Assembly: GCA_017881765.1 (NCBI GenBank)
Contig: JADGQN010000001.1
Coordinates: 1-40,645, forward strand
DNA: 40,645 bases
Reading direction: 5' to 3'
Source: Syntrophobacterales bacterium
GTDB taxonomy: Bacteria; Desulfobacterota; Syntrophorhabdia; Syntrophorhabdales; WCHB1-27
Shown: piece by piece, positions 1-7,951 of the stretch
How positions within the stretch are numbered: the stretch's first letter is position 1
How the letters are laid out: each line of letters opens with the position of its first letter
Translations under genes and position numbers: made by a program
Notes under the pieces: model-generated
Seen by the model: only the letters and a program-made list of their open reading frames with translations
The model's database searches: none
What the model was told of the DNA's origin: nothing

Positions 1-923
1 ACGCTACTCACGTCGCTCTCACCGTTGTTAACCGTCGAATCAAGACGGGCATAGCCGAGGGTTCTCGCGGCAGTAGCGCCTGGGTTGGACCAGTTTAAGG
101 TGACTGCCAGGCCCGTCTTGTTCTGTATCGCAAAGAGCCCAGACCTGGTGTCAAACGTCACGCAGTATCCTGGGCCCAGCTTTGACTGAATCTGACCTGC
201 GAGTTCCGAACCCCGGTAAATCCCTGAATCAAGCGTCACCGGAGACCCGTTCAGATAGAGGGTATTATTACTCGAATCGATAACCAAGGCGTAGTTGCCT
301 GTGTCGGCGAACGTATCCCCCTTATACGAGTTGGCAGGATCTTCGTACAGTACCTTGCTTTGGTCGTAAAAGAGCTCTTGACCGGAAAACCCTGTTGTGC
401 CCAGCTCGGCCTGGTCGACATAGGCATCTATTGGCTGGCGGCCGCCCAAGGGCACTTTGTAATTAACCGAGTAGTCCGGATTGAGATCATACGGGGCCTG
501 GTTTGCCCTCGTACCGCCAAAAATATACGTGTTGGACAGCTTGGTGTTCCCCAGCGTCACGAGCTGCTCGATGATATTTTCGACTGCTTGCGCCCCGGTT
601 TTTCTGTCAGCGGGAGATATGGTATCGTCCGAGTACTGAAGGGCTAGCTGTTTTGCCTGAGTCAGGAGGTCGTTGACGTTGTTGAACGTGGACTCATACA
701 TACCGCCAAGGGTTTTTATGCTCGCGAGATTGCGATTGAGTTGCGTATTCACGCTTTTCTGAGCATCGACCAGGGTGGCCTTGGCGTAGACCACGGGATC
801 GTCCGACGGACGCTCAACTTTTTTCCCGCTGGAGAGCTCGCCCTGGATCTTGTTGATCCCACTCATGGCTGTCTGCACGCTCGTCTTCAATCGGTCAAAT
901 ATTAACTTATCCGTTACTCGCAT
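1..923 (-). CDS. flgL: flagellar hook-associated protein 3 FlgL, N-terminal part (3' end runs off the window)
   Basis: Not in the ORF track because there is no stop in the window. Manual translation from ATG 923-921 gives MRVTDKLIFDRLKTSVQTAMSGINKIQGELSSGKKVERPSDDPVVYAKATLVDAQKSVNTQLNRNLASIKTLGG..., a flagellin-N/FlgL-type N-terminus. The frame was checked open for 601-923 and appears open to position 1. It lies directly downstream of flgK. Confidence 0.85.
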   Translation of the reverse strand, partial: MRVTDKLIFDRLKTSVQTAMSGINKIQGELSSGKKVERPSDDPVVYAKATLVDAQKSVNTQLNRNLASIKTLGGMYESTFNNVNDLLTQAKQLALQYSDDTISPADRKTGAQAVENIIEQLVTLGNTKLSNTYIFGGTRANQAPYDLNPDYSVNYKVPLGGRQPIDAYVDQAELGTTGFSGQELFYDQSKVLYEDPANSYKGDTFADTGNYALVIDSSNNTLYLNGSPVTLDSGIYRGSELAGQIQSKLGPGYCVTFDTRSGLFAIQNKTGLAVTLNWSNPGATAARTLGYARLDSTVNNGESDVSS

Positions 924-954
924 CTACACACCCAACCATCTCATAGCAGGTAAT

Positions 955-2382
955 TTATGCGCTACCTGTAGCGGTCCCAACCATCCCGAGTAAGGTAACC
1001 AAGAAATCGTCCGCGGTTGAAATCAGCCTTGCCGATGCCTGATATGCGCGCTGATACTGCATTAGACTCGTGAGCTCTTCATCCAAAGAAACGCCGGAGA
1101 CCGCTTGCTGCTGTGCCGTCAAAGTGCTCATCGTGTTGGTCTGGTAAGTCACTAGGTCCTGAGCATTCGCCGTCAGTTCGCCGACACTACTTAGCGTGGC
1201 GGAGACAAAATCGACAGGCGTCACTTGTACGGTATTGCCGTTCACGGTGAACGGCAGCTTGGCGTCCCCCAAGCCCGCGATACCAAGGACAATGTCGTTG
1301 TCGGTCGGCCGAGCGAGCGAGGACGTGGACGCAATGTTAGTTACATCGTTCTTAACGTCGTCGCTTACGTCCATTTCGCCGGCATAATCCCCCGTCAGAG
1401 GCTTGAAGAAGGCTACACCCGTAGTCTGATTCAGGTTGTATCCCGTTTCGTGAATCTGATTCACCTGCGTCGTCATCGTTTGAGCCAGAGCATTAAGCTG
1501 GTCGACGAAGCCCTGCGCATCCACATCCCGCTCCTGAAGTAAGGATCCCAGGGTACCGGTTTTCACATTGGACGTGATGTCCGAAAGATTACCCCTGGAG
1601 TCCTCCCAGTTGATCCGAAAAGAGCCGGTACTGTTGGGATCGGACACTTGCAGGTTCCAGTGGCTAAGCCCGTCAACAAGCGACCTACCATCGGCCGTCA
1701 ATATGGTGATACCGCCATTGCCGTCCTCGAAGGAGACGATACCCAGTTCTCCGGAAAGCTGCTTGACAAGCTCTGTCCGCTGGTCCAGGTAGTCATTTGC
1801 CTGCCCATCCTTTCCCGCTTCCCCTATGCGCTGGTTAAGTTCCGCAATCGTAGTCGTCATTCTGTTGATGTTGTTGACTTCTTGCCCCACCGAACTGTTA
1901 ATTTCATTCTGTAACCCGCGTAAGTCGCTGTAAACAGAGCGTATGCCACGTGCCAGATTCTCGCCCTGCGTCTCGAGGGCTACGCGCGACGGAACGCTTG
2001 TGGGGTCGGTAGAAAGGTCTTGCCAGGCATTGAAAAATCCAGTAAGGTTCTGGGTCAGCTTTGAGTTGTCTTCATTCAGAATACTCTCCATCTGCCCGAG
2101 GTATTGTGCCGACGTCGTCTGGAACTGCAGATCCGTGTTTTTCTTCATTATAGTGTCGTTGAGATATTTGTCGACAAACCGTCGTATCTCCGACGCCTTC
2201 ACTCCGTTGCCGATTAGACCGGCAGACGAGGCGTCGGGGGTGGCCGTTTGAAGTACCGACTCCTCACGCGAGTACCCCGGGGTGTTGACATTTGCCACGT
2301 TGTGAGAGATAGTCTGGAGAGTTAATTCGTTGGCTAAAAGGGCACTCTTACCAATCTCAAAGATGGAGCGCACTCCGGCCAT
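955..2382 (-). CDS. flgK: flagellar hook-associated protein 1 FlgK
   Basis: 475 aa. N-terminal axial-protein motif ISHNVANVNTPGYSRE and C-terminal LDEELTSLMQYQRAYQASARLI. ATG immediately follows the flgN stop (TAAATG). Confidence 0.95.
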   Translation of the reverse strand: MAGVRSIFEIGKSALLANELTLQTISHNVANVNTPGYSREESVLQTATPDASSAGLIGNGVKASEIRRFVDKYLNDTIMKKNTDLQFQTTSAQYLGQMESILNEDNSKLTQNLTGFFNAWQDLSTDPTSVPSRVALETQGENLARGIRSVYSDLRGLQNEINSSVGQEVNNINRMTTTIAELNQRIGEAGKDGQANDYLDQRTELVKQLSGELGIVSFEDGNGGITILTADGRSLVDGLSHWNLQVSDPNSTGSFRINWEDSRGNLSDITSNVKTGTLGSLLQERDVDAQGFVDQLNALAQTMTTQVNQIHETGYNLNQTTGVAFFKPLTGDYAGEMDVSDDVKNDVTNIASTSSLARPTDNDIVLGIAGLGDAKLPFTVNGNTVQVTPVDFVSATLSSVGELTANAQDLVTYQTNTMSTLTAQQQAVSGVSLDEELTSLMQYQRAYQASARLISTADDFLVTLLGMVGTATGSA

Positions 2383-2805
2383 TTATACTTCCTTTGAAAG
2401 TACCAATGAGAGTGGTTCGCGGCGCCTTCCGTACGATGCCCTATTAATGAAGCTCACCATCTTCTCGATGGAGGATTTCACGTGGTCCATGGAAAAAGTG
2501 AGCAGCCGCATATTTTTGTCCAGTGCCGTTTTTACCTCTTTCAACGTCTGCTCAAAATCCTTGCGTAAAACAGCCCACTCTCTCGAAGGGGCATCGAGCG
2601 GGGCATGGTCGGCCGCCATCCTCTCCTGCTCCTTCTCGAGGAACTCAAGCTTTTTCAAGAGTTCTTCCTTGACGTTGTTCGCCCTGACGATCCCCTCCAG
2701 AGAAAAGGAGATAATCGCATCGCGCTCCTCGGTCAAGACCCGGAGGAACTGTTTCAGCACGCCAAGCTGAGTTCCCATTAGTTCATATAAAAGCTGATTG
2801 CTCAT
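2383..2805 (-). CDS. flgN: FlgN-like flagellar export chaperone
   Basis: 140-aa helical protein between flgM and flgK, the canonical flgMN-flgKL arrangement. ATGA overlap with the flgM stop. The call rests mainly on position and size. Confidence 0.7.
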   Translation of the reverse strand: MSNQLLYELMGTQLGVLKQFLRVLTEERDAIISFSLEGIVRANNVKEELLKKLEFLEKEQERMAADHAPLDAPSREWAVLRKDFEQTLKEVKTALDKNMRLLTFSMDHVKSSIEKMVSFINRASYGRRREPLSLVLSKEV

Positions 2806-3122
2806 GGCTTCAGGGCTTCATCCAGAACTTGATTTTTCAAGATGCTCCGGGCTACATCTTCGCCCGACACGTTGTAGGTCTTATTCTCTATGGCCTGTTT
2901 GATCGTATCTATTTTCTCCTGTCTCGTTGCGGGAGCGGCCTTCACCTTCTCCTTCAGTTGCTCAATTTCCGTCTTTCGGGTGGAAAGTTCCACTTTATCG
3001 ACGATCCCTTGGTTGTCCGTCTGGCCAACACCACCCTGCTTCTGAGACTTGGCATTGTTGGCATTGGCCGACTTAACAAGGTGATCCAGTACCTGCACCT
3101 TGCCGTTGTTCTCAATTTTCAT
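2802..3122 (-). CDS. flgM: anti-sigma-28 factor FlgM
   Basis: 106 aa with a polar N-terminal half and a C-terminus KIDTIKQAIENKTYNVSGEDVARSIL typical of FlgM. SD AGGGAGG upstream and a sigma-28 promoter just upstream. Confidence 0.85.
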   Translation of the reverse strand: MKIENNGKVQVLDHLVKSANANNAKSQKQGGVGQTDNQGIVDKVELSTRKTEIEQLKEKVKAAPATRQEKIDTIKQAIENKTYNVSGEDVARSILKNQVLDEALKP

Positions 3123-3142
3123 AGAGACCTCCCTTTTTACTT

Positions 3143-3463
3143 TTAAGTGTTATCGGCCTTTCCATCGGAAACTTTAGCGTTTTGGGCACGTTCCACATAG
3201 CGCATAAGCATCTCCTTGATGCCGATGCCCTTTTTAGCCACAAGCTCCGCCACTTTTTCATGGAACATAGAAAAATATGTTTGTTCCGCGTAGTTCTTTT
3301 CGGAAGAACCCGTCGTTTTCTGAAGCTGATTGAGCATATTTGAGACAAGATAGGCTTCAAACCCCTCGCACGCCGCCTTCGCGTCCTTGGCATTCTGGCT
3401 CTTTAGTCCCTTGACCGCATTCTCCTGGAGCCCGATACCCCCGTCCATCATCGGTATCTTCAT
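3143..3463 (-). CDS. flgJ: rod-binding protein (FlgJ N-terminal domain only, no peptidoglycan hydrolase domain)
   Basis: 106 aa. FEAYLVSNMLNQLQKT...FHEKVAELVAKKGIGIKEML resembles the FlgJ rod-binding domain. Start overlaps the flgI stop (TAATG). Confidence 0.8.
   Translation of the reverse strand: MKIPMMDGGIGLQENAVKGLKSQNAKDAKAACEGFEAYLVSNMLNQLQKTTGSSEKNYAEQTYFSMFHEKVAELVAKKGIGIKEMLMRYVERAQNAKVSDGKADNT
3150..3176 (-). promoter_or_regulatory. sigma-28 (FliA) promoter for flgM-flgN-flgK-flgL
   Basis: The minus strand reads TAAA-gtttccgatggaaag-GCCGATAA, an exact TAAA-N15-GCCGATAA consensus. The -10 element ends 27 nt upstream of the flgM ATG. It lies inside the last codons of the flgJ-like gene. 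Confidence 0.75.
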
Positions 3464-4560
3464 TATATGACCTCCAGTTCCGCGTGTAAAGCGCCCGCGG
3501 CCTTGACAGCCTGCAGGATCGAGATCACGTCGCGTGCTGAAACCCCTAAGGCATTGAGCGCCGTGACGAGGTCCCGTATGGTGACCCCCGTCTCCATCAC
3601 GAAGAACCTGCCCTTTTCTTCTTCCACCTTCATTTTCGTGTTGGGCGTGACCACGGTCTGCCCCTGGGCAAAGGGCAGAGGCTGGCTCACCGTCGGTTGT
3701 TCCTTGATCTGTATGCTGATGTTGCCATGTGACACGGCAACAGTTTGGATCCTCACGTTTTCACCGATGACGACCGTACCTGTTCGCTCGTTTACCACGA
3801 TCTTACTGAACGTGCCGGGCAGCACCTCAAGATTTTCCACAGCCGATATGAAGGCCACCGGATTGACTCTATATTGCGGAGGGATGGCTATGGCAACCGT
3901 TGCCCCGTCTTTGGCGGATGCGCTGCCTGGAAATACCTCGTTGATGCGATCGTTGAGCCTATTTACCGTGGTAAAATCGGGCGTGCGCAACGATACCATT
4001 ACGGACTCGTTATTGATTGCCTGATAATTCAATTCCCGCTCAATAGTGGCCCCGTTAGCAACCCTGCCCGCGGTCACGTGGTTTTTCTGGACCTGGGCCC
4101 CTTGACCTGAAGCCACATATCCGCCAAGCAAAACAGGGCCCTGTGCGACGGCGTAGACCTCGCCATCGGCTCCGCGCATGGGTGCAAAAAGCAGTGTCCC
4201 ACCCTGAAGGCTCCGCGCATCTCCTATTGAAGAGACCAATACGTCTATCTTGTTTCCAATCTTGGCAAAGGGAGGAAGATCGGCCGTGACCGCAACCGCT
4301 GCGATGTTATTCACCCTGATGGTTGACGGATCCACCCTGATGCCCATCTTTTCCAACATATTGGTCAAAGACTGGATGGTAAAAACGGTGTTAACCCTGT
4401 CACCGGTGTTTTCAAGCCCCACCACGAGTCCATACCCGATCAATTGGTTCGGCCGGAGGCCGTTGATGTACCCTATGTCCTTTATCCGCGCCGCTTGGGC
4501 ATATGAGGTCAGGAGAAGAAGTGCCATTACTGCCGCTATGAGTATGGATCGAGTCTTCAT
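3463..4560 (-). CDS. flgI: flagellar P-ring protein FlgI
   Basis: Strong FlgI-like sequence. I prefer ATG 4560 (MKTRSILIAAVMALLLLTSYAQA/ARIKD signal peptide, SD AAGGA 5 nt upstream) over the track start at 4626, which overlaps flgH. Confidence 0.93.
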   Translation of the reverse strand: MKTRSILIAAVMALLLLTSYAQAARIKDIGYINGLRPNQLIGYGLVVGLENTGDRVNTVFTIQSLTNMLEKMGIRVDPSTIRVNNIAAVAVTADLPPFAKIGNKIDVLVSSIGDARSLQGGTLLFAPMRGADGEVYAVAQGPVLLGGYVASGQGAQVQKNHVTAGRVANGATIERELNYQAINNESVMVSLRTPDFTTVNRLNDRINEVFPGSASAKDGATVAIAIPPQYRVNPVAFISAVENLEVLPGTFSKIVVNERTGTVVIGENVRIQTVAVSHGNISIQIKEQPTVSQPLPFAQGQTVVTPNTKMKVEEEKGRFFVMETGVTIRDLVTALNALGVSARDVISILQAVKAAGALHAELEVI

Positions 4561-4567
4561 ATCATCC

Positions 4568-5398
4568 TTAGAATGGCCAGACACCATCGAATATCCTGGT
4601 AAACCAGCCCGGCCGCTGCTTCTCACCGACGACGCCTATGCCCGTGAGCATGATCTTGGCGTCTGCCACCTGTGTGGAAAGAACGGAGTTGTCGCTGGCA
4701 ATGTCTTTCGGGCGCACGATGCCGTGCAGCAGGATCTCTTTCTTTTCGTTATTTACGTAGATCTCCCTTTTGCCCTCAACGGCGAGATTGCCGTTGGGAA
4801 ATACTTCCACTACCTTGGCTGATAGTGTTGCCGTTACGCTTCCGGTTCTCGTTGTCTCTCCAGTTCCTTTGAAGTTATTTGTCGTGTTGGCCTGAATCAA
4901 ATGAGCTGGAGTTACGTTTTGAGACGGGTTGGCCCCCGGGTAGGCGAAAAAGTTATTGATACCGGCATCGATGTTCGATTGCCGGCCTGTGTCCGTCGTC
5001 GCCTTTTCCGAAGCCTGGGATATCTCCACAATCTTTACCGTGATGAGATCGCCCATGCCCCCTGCCCTGTGATCGCCAAAGTAGAGATTGCCGTTATAGC
5101 TCGCCGGCCATAGGCTTCCGGAGCGCTGCTCACCCCGATTCGAGTACCTGTAGATGTTGTCGGGCACGAACGCCTCCCCCTTGATGCGTGACTGTTCCAG
5201 AGGAAAGCAACCCGTGAGCGCAATGCTCATCAAACCCACCAATACCAATTCGCCTTCACGCGTATACCTTCGTTGTCGCTGCGTCGCTCTCCTCGACGTA
5301 CCCCCAGGTACGCCTGCGTCGGCTCCTCGCTGCCGCCTCGGTCTCCCCATGAATCCAAATTGGTATAAGATTACTATCAGTGCCCCCGGTACTTTCAT
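4568..5398 (-). CDS. flgH: flagellar L-ring lipoprotein FlgH (start codon ambiguous)
   Basis: FlgH-like body with lipobox LTGC. ATG 5230 leaves only 7 residues before the Cys. The frame is open upstream through repeat copy A to ATG 5398, which has SD GAGGTG overlapping the flgA stop. Alternative starts are TTG 5248 and ATG 5350. The product call is solid; the 5' end is not. Confidence 0.85.
   Translation of the reverse strand: MKVPGALIVILYQFGFMGRPRRQRGADAGVPGGTSRRATQRQRRYTREGELVLVGLMSIALTGCFPLEQSRIKGEAFVPDNIYRYSNRGEQRSGSLWPASYNGNLYFGDHRAGGMGDLITVKIVEISQASEKATTDTGRQSNIDAGINNFFAYPGANPSQNVTPAHLIQANTTNNFKGTGETTRTGSVTATLSAKVVEVFPNGNLAVEGKREIYVNNEKKEILLHGIVRPKDIASDNSVLSTQVADAKIMLTGIGVVGEKQRPGWFTRIFDGVWPF
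5242..5368. repeat. MITE/ERIC-like hairpin repeat, copy A (subfamily with copy C)
   Basis: ATACCAATTcgccttcacgcgtataccttcgttgtcgctgcgtcgctc...cgacgtacc...ggtacgcct...AATTGGTAT. It has 9-bp terminal inverted repeats flanked by TA. It aligns along its length with 21506-21632 and more loosely with 8678-8802 and the reverse complement of 29148-29332. Confidence 0.85.
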
Positions 5399-5405
5399 AC
5401 GCACC

Positions 5406-6092
5406 TCAAAATTCAACAACGACTGTGCCATTATCAGATACTCTGCCGACTACTTCATGGTCCGAGGAAAGGTTCTTCACTCGTATCTTCTCCCCAACCC
5501 TGCCGGAGTCCTCGGCTTTACCCTTGGTTTTAATCACGAGCTGTTTATTCTCCCCGACGATCGTAACCGTTTCCCCTCTGCGTATGACCTGCGGACTGTC
5601 AAGAATAAGCGTGGTAAGCACCGCGCCGGGAGCAACATCCTTTTTGAGCACCTTCCCGACCACGTCCCGCAGCTCTCTCGGATAAATGAGCTCATTCTCG
5701 CTCACGTACGTTTCTCTACTCCCCAGGTCGTCCGCGGATACCGGACTTCCTTTGGCCAAAGCCCTTTTCATATAAAAGAGCGTCTTCTTCTCATAAACCC
5801 GGAACGGAACGTACGAAACCCTCGGCCTTCCGTCCTCTCCCTCGAACTCTACGACGGCGAGCCCTTTGCCTTCTATCTCCGGCATCTTCTGTATATTCAC
5901 TGACTTCACCCTTATCTCCTGCTTCAGGTGAGCCGGAATACCATCCAGCTTGACTTGCATCTCTCTTGTGCCGTAGGCCTCTTTCAGGAGGTCCGTCAAT
6001 CTCTTTTCGACGATAGACGTCTGCTGGCCAAAACATGACGCATTGGACAGAACGAATAAAACAAATGGAACAACGGCCAGCAGGATTTTCAT
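5406..6092 (-). CDS. flgA: flagellar P-ring assembly chaperone FlgA
   Basis: 228 aa with signal peptide MKILLAVVPFVLFVLSNASC. C-terminal SAF-like region (RRGETVTIV...IKTKGKAEDSGRVGEKIRVKN). Position between flgG and flgH. Confidence 0.85.
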   Translation of the reverse strand: MKILLAVVPFVLFVLSNASCFGQQTSIVEKRLTDLLKEAYGTREMQVKLDGIPAHLKQEIRVKSVNIQKMPEIEGKGLAVVEFEGEDGRPRVSYVPFRVYEKKTLFYMKRALAKGSPVSADDLGSRETYVSENELIYPRELRDVVGKVLKKDVAPGAVLTTLILDSPQVIRRGETVTIVGENKQLVIKTKGKAEDSGRVGEKIRVKNLSSDHEVVGRVSDNGTVVVEF

Positions 6093-6095
6093 CTT

Positions 6096-6884
6096 CTACC
6101 GTCTCACGTTATTTGCGACCTGGAGCATAGAGTCAGCCGCCTGTATTGCTTTGGAATTGACTTCGTAAGCCCTCTCGGCGATGATCATATTGACCATCTC
6201 TTGGACAATGTCGACGTTCGACATCTCGAGGTAACCCTGTCTCAGGCTTCCTAAACCGTTCTGATTCGGGTTGCCCACAATCGGCGTGCCGCTCCCGTCT
6301 GTCTCAACAAAGAGATTCTTGCCCATGGCAGACAAGCCCGCCTGGTTCGTGAAGGTGGCCAGCTCAATTTTTCCTACCTGTTGCGGTTTTGACTGACCCT
6401 GGATGGTGGCCGAAACCGTTCCGTCTACTTCTATGGAGATGGCCGTGGCGCCCTGAGGGATGGTGACGGCAGGTTCGAGCATATAGCCGTCAGCGGTGAC
6501 AACGCGTCCCTGGGCGTCCGTCTTAAAGGCGCCAGACCTCGTGTATGCCTTGTCCCCCGAAGGCAGCGTGATCTGAAAGAACCCGGCGCCTTCTATAGCC
6601 AGGTCCAGATTGCCTTGGGTCTGCTGGTAGTCACCTTGCAGGAAGACTTTCTCAACGGAAGCGAGAAGCGCACCGAGCCCGATCTGAATACCGGTCGGCA
6701 CCTGATTTCCCTGCTCCGTGCGCACCCCTGCCATGCGGGTGGTCTGATACATGAGTTCCTGGAAGTCTGCCCTGCTCCGCTTATATCCGTTGGTATTCAC
6801 GTTGGCAATGTTGTTCGCTATGACATCCAGGTTCTTCTGTTGAACTACCATGCCTGTTGCGGCTGTCCAAAGAGATCTGATCAT
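6096..6884 (-). CDS. flgG: flagellar distal rod protein FlgG
   Basis: 262 aa. MIRSLWTAATGM..., NNIANVNTNGYKR, and C-terminal SNVDIVQEMVNMIIAERAYEVNSKAIQ. Confidence 0.95.
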   Translation of the reverse strand: MIRSLWTAATGMVVQQKNLDVIANNIANVNTNGYKRSRADFQELMYQTTRMAGVRTEQGNQVPTGIQIGLGALLASVEKVFLQGDYQQTQGNLDLAIEGAGFFQITLPSGDKAYTRSGAFKTDAQGRVVTADGYMLEPAVTIPQGATAISIEVDGTVSATIQGQSKPQQVGKIELATFTNQAGLSAMGKNLFVETDGSGTPIVGNPNQNGLGSLRQGYLEMSNVDIVQEMVNMIIAERAYEVNSKAIQAADSMLQVANNVRR

Positions 6885-6893
6885 TTGGCCTCC

Positions 6894-7616
6894 CTATACT
6901 CTTGCCACTTCTTGCAATTTGCTGTCCATATCACCAAAAGCTTGCTGCATCTTGCTATAGGCTTCATAGGCCCTTGTGCACGCGATCATGTCGATCATCT
7001 CCTTTACCACCTCAACGTTAGAGGCTTCATGAAAGCCCTGTTTCACGGTGCAGTTGACCGTCGGCAGTTCTCGATCAGCCGGATTTACGTTCTCAAACAG
7101 GGAATTTCCAACCGGGCGCAAATATTCTTTGGTTGCAAAACGGACCGTTTTGACCTTTCCCGCGGGCACCTTGTCCGCGCTGACGGAGCCATCCGTTTCT
7201 ACGGTAATCTGTTTACCATTTATGATTATATCCCCGCCTTCACCCGCCACGGTATTTCCATCCTGAGTAATAAGTTTGCCATTTGCATCAAGCGTAAATT
7301 GCCCATTGCGGGTGTATCTATCGCCCTGCGCCGTATGTATGACGAAGAAACCATCCCCCTGGAATGCGAGGTCAAGTTTGTTACCCGAATCTATGAGCGA
7401 ACCATCGGAAAAGTTTATGTAAGAGTCGTAGGTCCCGACGAAGGTGCTCTCTGCCTGATCCCCCGTATCTATCACGCTGCTGGAGAGCACCGCCTCGAAT
7501 ACGGGTCTGGAGGCCTTATAACCCGTGGTGAGGGCATTGGCCAGATTATTACTTATGAAGCCGAGTCTCTTTTCCTCTGCTACCGCTCCACTCACAACTG
7601 TGTAAATACCTGACAT
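6894..7616 (-). CDS. flgF: flagellar proximal rod protein FlgF
   Basis: MSGIYTVVSGA..., NNLANALTTGYKA, SNVEVVKEMIDMIACTRAYEAYSK. ATG 7616 is preferred because the track's GTG 7655 start would overlap the sigma-54 promoter at 7639-7654. Confidence 0.9.
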   Translation of the reverse strand: MSGIYTVVSGAVAEEKRLGFISNNLANALTTGYKASRPVFEAVLSSSVIDTGDQAESTFVGTYDSYINFSDGSLIDSGNKLDLAFQGDGFFVIHTAQGDRYTRNGQFTLDANGKLITQDGNTVAGEGGDIIINGKQITVETDGSVSADKVPAGKVKTVRFATKEYLRPVGNSLFENVNPADRELPTVNCTVKQGFHEASNVEVVKEMIDMIACTRAYEAYSKMQQAFGDMDSKLQEVARV

Positions 7617-7638
7617 GGCGATCTCTTCGCAGATGTGA

Positions 7639-7654
7639 AGCAAATGACGTGCCA
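7639..7654 (-). promoter_or_regulatory. sigma-54 promoter for flgF-flgG-flgA-flgH-flgI-flgJ
   Basis: The minus strand reads TGGCACGtcatTTGCT, a full match to TGGCACG-N4-TTGCW with correct GG-N10-GC spacing. The -12 element is 23 nt upstream of the flgF ATG. Confidence 0.8.
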
Positions 7655-7670
7655 CATCCCGGCGACTCCT

Positions 7671-7897
7671 TGGTCCGTTTGGTCTATCTAGTCCATTTGG
7701 TCTACCCGGTGCTCAGGTTCTCTGGTCTATCTAGTCTGTCTGCTCCGGAACTACTGTTGGGGGCTAGCGCTGTGGCCCAACGGAAGGGGCATCGATGACG
7801 GACAACAGTGGGCACGGATAGGAATAGGTAGCATCGAGTAATGAAGCGGGTAAATTAGGCCAAATGGACTAGATAGACGAGATAGACAGCTGGACCA
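7671..7897. repeat. long inverted repeat / reiterated 13-mer element (E)
   Basis: Perfect 19-bp inverted repeat: 7682-7700 gtctatctagtccatttgg versus 7860-7878 ccaaatggactagatagac, with a 159-bp spacer. The arms extend imperfectly to 7671 and 7897 (tggtcc/ggacca). The 13-mer GGTCTATCTAGTC is also repeated directly at 7681 and 7724. Confidence 0.8.
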
Positions 7898-7951
7898 GAC
7901 AGATTTTATCTTTAATCGGGAGTAGGCAAAATTTTCCGATCATGACAGATT

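Noticed and set aside
4561-4626. Longer track starts for FlgI (4626), FlgF (GTG 7655), CheA (TTG 10906) and CheY (40214).
   Set aside because: The internal ATGs have proper SDs and give canonical N-termini: a signal peptide for FlgI, MSGIY for the rod protein FlgF, and MRVLVVDD for CheY. The longer forms overlap upstream genes or promoters.
6615-7613. Long plus-strand ORFs throughout the window (for example 6615-7613 332 aa, 17591-18637 348 aa, 35806-36678 290 aa, 38918-39712 264 aa, 5154-5903 249 aa).
   Set aside because: Each lies antisense to a minus-strand gene with unmistakable flagellar or chemotaxis protein motifs. Their translations are low-complexity or Arg/Leu/Ser-rich with no recognisable domains or SDs. 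These are typical shadow ORFs of moderately GC-rich coding DNA.
7740-7860. The interior of element E was examined as a possible tRNA, c-di-GMP (GEMM) riboswitch or other known RNA.
   Set aside because: There is no cloverleaf or T-loop (GGTTCGAATCC-like) sequence. The conserved GEMM features I can recall are absent. Only generic short stems (ctgttggg/cccaacgg, catcgatg) are present.
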